A stretch of 64,000 nucleotides of DNA, taken from assembly GCF_018350175.1 (NCBI RefSeq), contig NC_058373.1, positions 108,688,001 through 108,752,000 of the forward strand. The letters run 5' to 3'. The position numbers were made by a program, and so were the translations under genes. This DNA is from Felis catus (lineage: Eukaryota). This document shows, piece after piece, positions 41,284 through 51,025 of the stretch (its first letter is position 1; each line of letters opens with the position of its first letter). The notes under the pieces are model-generated. The model did not search any database. It saw only the letters and a list, made by a program, of their open reading frames with translations, and was not told the origin of the DNA.

Positions 41284-41545
41284 TTGGATAGCTAAGGAGT
41301 ATCTTTTTTTGTTTTAATTTTTTTTTTAATGAAATTTATTGACAAATTGGTTTCCATACAACACCCAGTGCTCATCCCAAAAGGTGCCCTCCTCAATACC
41401 CATCACCCACCCTCTCCTCCCTCCCACCCCCTATCAACACTCAGTTTGTTCTCAGTTTTTAACAGTCTCTTATGCTTTGGCTCTCTCCCACTCTAACCTC
41501 TTTTTTTTTTTTCTTCCCCTCCCCCATGGGTTCCTGTTAAGTTTC

Positions 41546-44500
41546 TCAGGGTCCACATAAGAGTGAAACCATATGGTATCTGTCTTTCTCTGTATGGCTT
41601 ATTACACTTAGCATCACACTCTCCAGTTCCATCCACGTTGCTACGAAAGGCCATATTTCATTTTTTCTCATTGCCACGTGATATTCCATTGTGTATATAA
41701 ACCACAATTTCTTTATCCATTCATCAGTTGATGGACATTTAGACTCTTTCCATAATTTGGCTATTGTTGAGAGTGCTGCTATGAACATTGGGGTACAAGT
41801 GGCCCTATGCATCAGTACTCCTGTATCCCTTGGATAAATTCCTAGCAGTGCTATTGCTGGGTGATAGGGTAGGTCTATTTTTAATTTTCTGAGGAACCTC
41901 CACACTGCTTTCCAGAGCGGCTGCACCAATTTGCATTCCCACCAACAGTGCAAGAGGGTTCCCGTTTCTCCACATCCTCTCCAGCATCTATAGTCTCCTG
42001 ATTTGTTCATTTTGGCCACTCTGACTGGCGTGAGGTGATACCTGAGTGTGGTTTTGATTTGTATTTCCCTGATAAGGAGCGACGCTGAACATCTTTTCAT
42101 GTGCCTGTTGGCCATCCGGATGTCTTCTTTAGAGAAGTGTCTATTCATGTTTTCTGCCCATTTCTTCACTGGGTTATTTGTTTTTCGGGTGTGGAGTTTG
42201 GTGAGCTCTTTATAGATTTTGGATACTAGCCCTTTGTCCGATATGTCATTTGCAAATATCTTTTCCCATTCCGTTGGTTGCCTTTTAGTTTTGTTGGTTG
42301 TTTCCTTTGCTGTGCAGAAGCTTTTTATCTTCATAAGGTCCCAGTAATTCACTTTTGCTTTTAATTCCCTTGCTTTTGGGGATGTGTCGAGTAAGAGATT
42401 GCTACAGCTGAGGTCAGAGAGGTCTTTTCCTGCTTTCTCCTCTAAGGTTTTGATGGTTTCCTGTCTCACATTTAGGTCCTTTATCCATTTTGAGTTTATT
42501 TTTGTGAACGGTGTGAGAAAGTGGTCTAGTTTCAACCTTCTGCATGTTGCTGTCCAGTTCTCCCAGCACCATTTGTTAAAGAGGCTGTCTTTTTTCCATT
42601 GGATGTTCTTTCCTGCTTTGTCAAAGATGAGTTGGCCATACGTTTGTGGGTCTAGTTCTGGGGTTTCTATTCTATTCCATTGGTCTATGTGTCTGTTTTT
42701 GTGCCAATACCATGCTGTCTTGATGATGACAGCTTTGTAGTAGAGGCTAAAGTCTGGGATTGTGATGCCTCCTGCTTTGGTCTTCTTCTTCAAAATTCCT
42801 TTGGCTATTCGGGGCCTTTTGTGGTTCCATATGAATTTTAGAATTGCTTGTTCTAGTTTCGAGAAGAATGCTGGTACAATTTTGATTGGGATTGCATTGA
42901 ATGTGTAAATAGCTTTGGGTAGTATTGACATTTTGACAATATTTATTCTTCCAATCCATGAGCAGGGAATGTCTTTCCATTTCTTTAAATCTTCTTCAAT
43001 TTCTTTCATAAGCTTTCTATAGTTTTCAGCATACAGATCCTTTACATCTTTGGTTAGATTTATTCCTAGGTATTTTATGCTTCTTGGTGCAATTGTGAAT
43101 GGGATCAGTTTCTTTATTTGTCTTTCTGTTGCTTCATTGTTAGTGTATAAGAATGCAACTGATTTCTGTACATTGATTTTGTATCCTGCAACTTTGCTGA
43201 ATTCCTGTATCAGTTCTAGCAGACTTTTGGTGGAGTCTATCGGATTTTCCATGTATAATATCATGTCATCTGCAAAAAGCGAAAGCTTGACTTCATCTTT
43301 GCCAATTTTGATGCCTTTGATTTCCTTTTGTTGTCTGATTGCTGATGCTAGAACTTCCAGCACTATGTTAAACAGCAGCGGTGAGAGTGGGCATCCTTGT
43401 CGTGTTCCTGATCTCAGGGAAAAAGCTCTCAGTTTTTCCCCATTGAGGATGATGTTAGCTGTGGGCTTTTCATAAATGGCTTTTATGATCTTTAAGTATG
43501 TTCCTTCTATCCCGACTTTCTCAAGGGTTTTTATTAAGAAAGGGTGCTGGATTTTGTCAAAGGCCTTTTCTGCATCGATTGACAGGATCATATGGTTCTT
43601 CTCTTTTTTGTTGTTAATGTGATGTATCACGTTGATTGATTTGCGAATGTTGAACCAGCCCTGCAGCCCAGGAATGAATCCCACTTGATCATGGTGAATA
43701 ATTCTTTTTATATGCCATTGAATTCGATTTGCTAGTATCTTATTGAGAATTTTTGCATCCATGTTCATCAGGGATATTGGCCTGTAGTTCTCTTTTTTTA
43801 CTGGGTCTCTGTCTGGTTTAGGAATCAAAGTAATACTGGCTTCATAGAATGAGTCTGGAAGTTTTCCTTCCCTTTCTATTTCTTGGAATAGCTTGAGAAG
43901 GATAGGTATTATCTCTGCTTTAAATGTCTGGTACAACTCCCCTGGGAAGCCATCTGGTCCTGGACTCTTATTTGTTGGGAGATTTTTGATAACCGATTCA
44001 ATTTCTTCGCTGGTTATGGGTCTGTTCAAGCTTTCTATTTCCTCCTCATTGAGTTTTGGAAGAGTGTGGGTGTTCAGGAATTTGTCCATTTCTTCCAGGT
44101 TGTCCAATTTGTTGGCATATAATTTTTCATAGTATTCCCTGATAATTGTTTGTATCTCTGAGGGATTGGTTGTAATAATTCCATTTTCATTCATGATTTT
44201 ATCTCTTTGGGCCATCTCCCTTTTCTTTTTGAGAAGCCTGGCTAGAGGTTTGTCAATTTTGTTTATTTTTTCAAAAAACCAACTCTTGGTTTCGTTGATC
44301 TGCTCTACAGTTTTTTTAGATTCTATATTGTTTATTTCTGCTCTGATCTTTATTATTTCTCTTCTTCTGCTGGGTTTAGGCTGCCTTTGCTGTTCTGCTT
44401 CTAGTTCCTTTAGGTGTGCTGTTAGATTTTCTATTTGGGATTTTTCTTGTTTCTTGAGATAGGCCTGGATTGCAATGTATTTTCCTCTCAGGACTGCCTT

Positions 44501-45368
44501 CGCTGCGTCCCAAAGCGTTTGGATTGTTGTATTTTCATTTTCGTTTGTTTCCATATATTTTTTAATTTCTTCTCTAATTGCCTGGTTGACCCACTCATTC
44601 GTTAGTAGGGTGTTCTTTAACCTCCATGCGTTTGGAGGTTTTCCAGACTTTTTCCTGTGGTTGATTTCAAGCTTCATAGCATTGTGGTCTGAAAGTATGC
44701 ATGGTATGATTTCAATTCTTGTAAACTTATGAAGGGCTGTTTTGTGACCCAGTATATGATCTATCTTGGAGAATGTTCCATGTGCACTCGAGAAGAAAGT
44801 ATATTCTGTTGCTTTGGGATGCAGAGTTCTAAATATATCTGTCAAGTCCATCTGATCCAATGTCTCATTCAGGGCCCTTGTTTGTTTATTGACCGTGTGT
44901 CTAGATGATCTGTCCATTTCTGTAAGTGGGGTGTTAAAGTCCCCTGCAATTACCACATTCTTATCAATAAGGTTGCTTATGTTTATGAGTAATTGTTTTA
45001 TATATTTGGGGGCTCCGGTATTCGGCGCATAGACATTTATAATTGTTAGCTCTTCCTGATGGATAGACCCTGTAACTATTATATAATGTCCTTCTTCATC
45101 TCGTTACAGCCTTTAATTTAAAGTCTAGTTTGTCTGATATAAGTATGGCTACTCCAGCTTTCTTTTGGCTTCCAGTCGCATGATAAATAGTTCTCCATCC
45201 CCTCACTCTCAATCTAAAGGTGTCCTCAGGTCTAAAATGAGTCTCTTGTAGACAGCAAATAGATGGGTCTTGTTTTTTTATCCATTCTGATACCCTATGT
45301 CTTTTGGTTGGCGCATTTAATCCATTTACATTCAGTGTTATTATGGAAAGATACGGGTTTAGAGTCAT
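41546..45368 (-). CDS. LINE-1 ORF2p (endonuclease / reverse transcriptase), one -2 frameshift near 45100
   Basis: True start [18 protein letters not shown] at 45368 with CCLQETH. The frame breaks at KAVTR (~45100), then is open from DEEGHY to the stop at 41546 (the track's 1136-aa ORF starts at an internal GTG). Motifs [34 protein letters not shown] and CWRGC..HCWWEC are present. Repaired length is 1274 aa. Confidence 0.96.
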
Positions 45369-45418
45369 TGTGATGTCTGTACGTTTTATGCTTGTAGTGA
45401 TGTCTCTGGGACTTTGTC

Positions 45419-46311
45419 TCACAGGGTCCCCCTTAGGATCTTGTAGGGCTGGTTTAGTGGTGACAAATTCCTTCAGTTTTTGTTTGTTTGGGAAGACCTT
45501 TATCTCTCCTTCTATTCTAAATGACAGACTTGCTGGATAAAGGATTCTCGGTTGCATATTTTTTCTGTCTAGCACCCTGAAAATCTCGTGCCAATTCTTT
45601 CTGGCCTGCCAAGTTTCAAAAGAGAGATCAGTCACGAGTCTTATAGGTCTCCCTTTATATGTGAGGGCACATTTACCCCTTGCTGCTTTCAGAATTTTCT
45701 CTTTATCCTTGTATTTTGCCAGTTTCACTATGATATGTCGTGCAGAAGATCGATTCAAGTTACGTCTGAAGGGAGTTCTCTGTGCCTCTTGGATTTCAAT
45801 GCCTTTTTCCTTCCCCAGTTCAGGTAAGTTCTCAGCTATTATTTCTTCAAGTGCCCCTTCAGCACCTTTCCCTCTCTCTTCCTCCTCTGGGATACCAATT
45901 ATGCGTATATTATTTCTTTTTAGTGTATCACTTAGTTCTCTAATTTTCCCCTCATACTCCTGGATTTTTTTATCTCTCTTTTTCTCAGCTTCCTCTTTTT
46001 TCCATAACTTTATCTTCTAGTTCACCTATTCTCTCCTCTGCCTCTTCAAGCCAAGCCGTGGTGGTTTCCATTTTGTTATGCATTTCGTTTAAAGCGTTTT
46101 TCAGCTCCTCATGACTGCTCCTTAGTCCCTTGATCTCTGTAGCAAGAGATTCTCTGCTGTCCTGTATACTGTTTTCAAGCCCAGCAATTAATTTTATGAC
46201 TATTATTCTAAATTCACTTTCTGTTATATTATTTAAATCCTTTTTGATCAGCTCATTAGCTGTTGTTATTTCCTGGAGATTCTTCTGAGGGGAATTCTTC
46301 CGCTTGGTCAT
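45419..46311 (-). pseudogene. LINE-1 ORF1p (coiled coil-RRM-CTD RNA chaperone), two frameshifts
   Basis: Starts MTKRKNSPQK at 46311 with a heptad-rich region. A +1 shift occurs in the A6 run at 45996-46001. It then reads NNIRIIGIPE, RHIIVKL, IRLVTDLS, ILYPASLSF, LKEFVTTKPALQ. A -2 shift at ~45440 bypasses the expected stop (EILRGTL*, TGA at 45421-45419). Repaired length is 297 aa. Confidence 0.93.
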
Positions 46312-47239
46312 TTTGGATAGTCCCTGGCGTGGTGAGGACCTGCAGGGCACTTCCCCTGTGCTGTGGTGTATAACTGGAGTTGGTGGGCGGGGCCGCAGTC
46401 AGACCTGATGTCTGCCCCCAGCCCACCGCTGGGGCCACAGTCAGACTGGTGTGTGCCTTCTCTTCCCCTCTCCTAGGGGTGGGATTCACTGTGGGGTGGT
46501 GTGGCCCGTCTGGGCTACTTGCACACTGCCAGGCTTGTGATGCTGGGGATCTGGCGTATTAGCTGGGGTGGGTAGGCAAGGTGCACAGGGGCAGGAGGGG
46601 CAGGCTTAGATCGCTTCTCTTTAGGTGATCCACTTCAGGAGGGGCCCTGTGGCAGCGGGAGGGAGTCAGATCTGCTGCCGGAGGTTTGGCTCCGCAGAAG
46701 CACAGAGTTGGGTGTTTGTGCAGAGGGAGCAAGTTCCCTGGCAGGAACTGGTTCTCTTTGGGATTTTGGCTGGGGGATGGGCGGGGGAGATGGCGCTGGC
46801 GAGCGCCTTTGTTCCCCACCGAACTGAGCTCTGTGGTCAGGGGGCTCAGCAGCTCTCCCTCCCTTTGTCCTCCAGCCTTCCCGCTTTCTGAGCAGAGCTG
46901 TTAACTTATGGCCTCCCAGAGGCTAAGTTGCGCTTGCTGTGGGAACACAGTCCGTCAGGCCCCTCCGCTTTTGCAAGCCAGACTCGGGGGCTCTGCTTGG
47001 CCGGCGAGCCGCCCCTCCACCCCGGCTCCCTCCTGCCAGTCCGTGGAGCGCGCACCGCCTCGCCGCCCTTCCTACCCTCTTCCGTGGGCCTCTCGTCTGC
47101 GTTTGGCTCCAGCGACTCTGTTCTGCTAATCCTCTGGCGGTTTTCTGGGTTATTTAGGCAGGTGTAGGTGGAATCTAAATGATCAGCAGGACGCGCGGTG
47201 AGCCCAGCGTCCTCCTAAGCCGCCATCTTGCCGCTCCCC
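46312..47239 (-). promoter_or_regulatory. LINE-1 5'UTR internal promoter with YY1 site
   Basis: The only CpG-dense, GC-rich block in the window. CAAGATGGCG (plus-strand CGCCATCTTG, 47221-47230) lies ~10 nt from the element 5' end, the position of the YY1 site in mammalian L1s. Confidence 0.88.
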
Positions 47240-47263
47240 TCATGAGAGATCTTTTAAAAGATA

Positions 47264-47407
47264 TGGCACTTGTTGGGATGAGCACTGGGTGTTGTATGTA
47301 AGCGATGAACCATGGGAATCTACCTCCAAAACCAAGAGCACACTTTACACACTGTATGTTAGCCAATTTGACAATAAATTATATTATAGTAAATAAATTA
47401 ATTAAAT
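47264..47407 (+). mobile_element. Short 5'-truncated L1 3'-end insertion (older felid/carnivore subfamily)
   Basis: GGCACTTGTTGGGATGAGCACTGGGTGTTGTATG...CCAATTTGACAATAAA followed by an A-rich tail. Flanked by (T)AAAAGATA at 47255-47263 and 47407-47415. Confidence 0.88.
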
Positions 47408-47446
47408 AAAAGATAGGGAGAACTACAATAAAATGTGGACCTACTG

Positions 47447-47448
<2 letters not shown>

Positions 47449-47496
<48 letters not shown>
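47449..47496. repeat. (CA)n microsatellite
   Basis: About 23 units. Confidence 0.97.
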
Positions 47497-47501
<5 letters not shown>

Positions 47502-47999
47502 TATCCTGCTTTTATAATATGTGTGTTTCAAATATTCTTTGAAATAATTCATTTTAAATTTCTAAGTCAAAACCAAAACCATTTTCAATCATATATAAGT
47601 GATAGTTGATATAGCTGATTGTTTTATTCCTATATGTCTATAATCATGTTCTCTCTCTCTCTCTTGAAATCTTGATGTTCATTTTGTTTTCCACTTCTGC
47701 TATGTGGATTGTGATTTATTTGCTCTTATCTTCAGGGGTAAGGTAGGTAGACAGTACTAAGTTCTAGTTTTTACCTGTAGGAATCTTTTAAATCTCAAGG
47801 CTTGAAATTAACAAAGTAAAAAATAATGCACCCTTTGTACAATGTTTTCATATACAGGAGCTTGACTAAGTTACTTGCCCTTCTTTATGTAATCTTGGAA
47901 CTTAAATTTGGGTTGTTATTTTTATATGATATATGTTCTTGAAAGGTTATTTTCAACATGTATGTAAATCTTAATTTTTGTAATCTATATTTACTTTGG

Positions 48000-48200
48000 C
48001 TTTTTTTTAAGTTCATTTATTTTGAGAGAGCCAGACAGCACAAGTGGAGAGGGGCAGAGAGAGAAAGGGAGAGAGAGAATCCCAGGCAGGCTCCACACTG
48101 CCAGTGCAGAGCCCAATGCAGGGCTCAAACCACAAAGCCACGAGATCATGACCTGAGCTGAAACCAAGATTCCGACGCTTAACCTACTGAGCCACCAAGC
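48000..48200 (-). mobile_element. Carnivore SINE
   Basis: GAGGGGCAGAGAG..GAGAATCCCAGGCAGGCTCC..GAGATCATGACCTGAGCTGAA..CTGAGCCACC. Confidence 0.9.
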
Positions 48201-48509
48201 TCAGTCTTTGGTCTTTTCAAATGAAATTCTGGGTTCTATAATTTACATATAGAATCATTTACCAATTTAAAAAATAAGTTTTGAAGAATTTTGACAAATT
48301 TTCTATACTCTCTTGATTATGTAGCACAGTATAAGTCTTTAAATCACATAGTATAGGTCCTTTAATTTTGTTATTTTTTAAAAATTATTTTGGCTATTCT
48401 TAGTTGTTGGTATTTCTATACAAAAATACAGGTTTAGGTTATCAACTTCTACAGGAAAAAAAAGCCTACTGGGATTTTGATTAGTATTGACATAGAGTTT
48501 ATTCATCAA

Positions 48510-48718
48510 TTTTTTTTAAATTTTTTATTTATTTTTGACAGAGATAGAGACAGAGCATGAGCAGGGGAGGGGCAGAGAGAGAGACACAGAATCCGAAGCA
48601 GGCTCCAGGCTCTGAGCTGTCAGCACAGAGCCCAACATGGGGCTTGAACTCACAGACTGCGAGATCATGACCTGAGCCAAAGTTGGATGCTCAACCGACT
48701 GAGCCACCCAGGTGCCCC
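48510..48718 (-). mobile_element. Felid/carnivore SINE
   Basis: Full body ending CAACCGACTGAGCCACCCAGGTGCCCC. Confidence 0.93.
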
Positions 48719-48744
48719 TCATTAATGTTTGAATAATGGTCATT

Positions 48745-48906
48745 AAAAAAAAATTATTTACTTTTGAAAGAAAGAAAGAGTGCAAGTAGGAGAAGGGGAG
48801 AGAGAAAGGGAGATGCAGAATCTGAGCAGGCTCCAGACTCTGAGCCATAAGCACAGAGCCCAATGCTCTGTTGGAAGCTTAAGTGACTGAGCCACCCAGG
48901 CGCCCC
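48745..48906 (-). mobile_element. Carnivore SINE (B-box region deleted)
   Basis: GCAGGCTCCAGACTCTGAGCC..AGAGCCCAATG, then directly GACTGAGCCACCCAGGCGCCCC. Confidence 0.88.
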
Positions 48907-49874
48907 AGAACTGTCATTTTTATAATATGGATTCTGATAAACAATATCATTTATATAGGTTTTTTGAAATTGTGGCAATGTGTTTTAATTTTGATATAGG
49001 GGACTTTTATATCACTTGGTAAATTTATTTCTCAATATTTCATATTTTTATACTAATATAAGTTGTATTGCTTTATTTTATATTTTATTCTCTAATTGTT
49101 TATTTCTAGTATATAGAAAATAATTTTTATGTAGTGACTTTGTATCTTGTAAAATTGGTAGTTCTAGTGAGTTTTTGTTTTGTTCTATTCTTTTATAGGT
49201 TCTTTAGGATTTTTTTATGTATACAATCATGTTAACTGAAAATGAAAATAGTTTTAGTTATTCCCTTGCCAAGAGGTAGGTCTTTTATTTCTTTTTCTTA
49301 CTTAATTGCACTGCATAGAACCTCAAGTAGAATATTAATTGGGAAGGATGAGAGCTTATATTCTTTCCTTCTTTTGATTTTGGCAGGATGGTGTTTATTC
49401 CTAATCATTTAGTTTTATATTAACTGTAGATTCATGTATTTCCCTGTAGTTGCCTTTGATCAAGTTGAGAAAAGTTTTTTTTTTTTAATTATTTTTTGTG
49501 GCTTTTTATTATGGATGTTGAACTATGTCAAATGCTTTGTATCAGAGAAAATTTTATTTTCTTTTCTTCTTTTTCATGAATTACATTGGTTTCTTTTTCA
49601 AATATTAAAGTAATCTTATGTTTATGGGATAAGTATTACTTATTAATCATATCCTTTTTGTATATTTTTACATTTAATTTTCTGATAATTAGAATGTTGT
49701 ATTTATGTTCTTAAGGAATATTGGTTTGCAATTTTATTTCCTTGTCATTGTCTGGTTTTGGTGTCAGGATAAAGCTTTGGAATATTATTCCTCCTCCTCT
49801 ATTTGCTAAGACATTTTGTGTAACATTGGCTTTATTTATTCCATAAATATTTAATAGAATTCTCCATGGACTCT

Positions 49875-50087
49875 TTTCTTTTTAAAAATTTATCTTGAAA
49901 AAAAGAGTGCACACCTGCAGGAGCAAGGGCAGAGAGAGGAGAGAGAGAATCTCAAACAGGCTCTGCACAACCCTGAGTGCAGAACCCAACATCGAACTAA
50001 AACTCATGAACTCATGAACTGTGAGGTCATGACATGAGCTGAAATCAGGAGTTGGATGTTTAACCGACTGAACTACCCAGGTGCCCC
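49875..50087 (-). mobile_element. Carnivore SINE
   Basis: TCATGACATGAGCTGAAATCAGGAGTTGG..TAACCGACTGAACTACCCAGGTGCCCC. Confidence 0.9.
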
Positions 50088-50818
50088 ATAAATTCAATTT
50101 TTCTGATAGTTATGGTGCTATTCAAACTTCTGTCTCTTCTTAACTGTTTCAGTAATTTTTTTGTTTAGTAATGTTGTTATAGAATTTGTCCATTTCATCC
50201 AAGTTGTTGAATTTTTGATAATATATTTGACAGTATGACAATAATCATATTTATAATTAAGATGATAGTAGTCTGTAAGGTCATGTTGGTTTTCTCCCCC
50301 TACTCCATTGGTGATTTTGGAAATTGATATCATCTTCATCTGGCTTTTGTTTTTTGGTAAGTCAAACTAATAACTTACAGTTTTTATTTCTTTTCAAAGA
50401 AGCTACATTTGCTGTTATTGATTTTCTCCTTTCTGTTTTTTCACTGATTTATGTTCTTACTAGTAATTCCCTTCTGTTTACTTGGTATTGATTTTGTCTT
50501 TTTCTAGATTCTTACAGTGGAAGCTTCAGTGACTCACTTGAAACTTTTTAGTTGTTGTTGTTTACTTTTCTCATGTATGCATTTAAAATTACAAATTTTC
50601 CTCTTTCTTTTATTTCTGCCTCTCATTTTTTTTTCTGGAACTCCAATTATTCACATGTTAGACCTATGGATATTGTCTCACATATCACTGAGACAATGGC
50701 ATTTTTTTCTTCATCTGTATACTTCAGTAATCATAGATCCTTTTGCCGTGTTTTCAAGTTATCTTTACTTCTGTGATGTGAATTTGCTGTTAAATCTACC
50801 ATTGAAAATTTTATTTCA

Positions 50819-51025
50819 GGGGCGCCTGGGTGGCTCAGTCGGTTAAGTGGCCGACTTCGGCTCAGGTCATGATCTCGCGGTCCGTGAGTTCGAGCCCCGC
50901 GTCGGGCTCTGTGCTGCCAGCTCAGAGCCTGGAGCCTGTTTCAGATTCTGTGTCTCCCTCTCTCTGACCCTCCCCTGTTCATGCTCTGTCTCTCTCTGTC
51001 TCAAAAATAAATAAACGTTAAAAAA
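50819..51025 (+). mobile_element. Young felid tRNA-derived SINE (SINEC_Fc-like)
   Basis: GGGGCGCCTGGGTGGCTCAGTCGG (A box), GTTCGAGCCCC (B box), CT-rich tract, AATAAA and A tail. CpGs retained. Exact TSD AAAATTTTATTTCA at 50805-50818 and 51026-51039. Confidence 0.97.

Larger units (their letters stand above)
41255..47239 (-). mobile_element. Full-length young LINE-1 (felid L1, L1_Fc-like), ~6.0 kb
   Basis: Minus strand begins GGGGAGCGGCAAGATGGCGG at 47239. ~930-nt CpG-rich 5'UTR, ORF1, 50-nt spacer, ORF2 (EN-RT-CCHC), G-rich 3'UTR, AATAAA (41340-41335) and poly(A). Perfect TSD TCATGAGAGATCTTTT at 41239-41254 and 47240-47255. Confidence 0.98.

Noticed and set aside
41546..44956. 1136-aa ORF as a novel stand-alone RT gene or a retron/DGR-like system
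   Set aside because: It is ordinary LINE-1 ORF2p entered at an internal GTG after a frameshift; the context is a canonical L1 with poly(A) and TSD.
42384..45827. Many plus-strand ORFs of 79-141 aa overlapping the L1
   Set aside because: Antisense shadows of L1 coding sequence, a common artefact; no independent evidence.
47264..47407. Inverted L1 3' sequence at the 5' end of the full-length L1, read as a twin-priming inversion or terminal inverted repeat
   Set aside because: It lies outside the full-length element's TSD, has its own TSD and tail, and carries a 60-nt segment the full-length copy lacks, so it is a separate insertion.
50819..50900. tRNA gene (A and B boxes)
   Set aside because: This is the tRNA-derived head of a SINE, followed by the SINE body, A tail and TSD.
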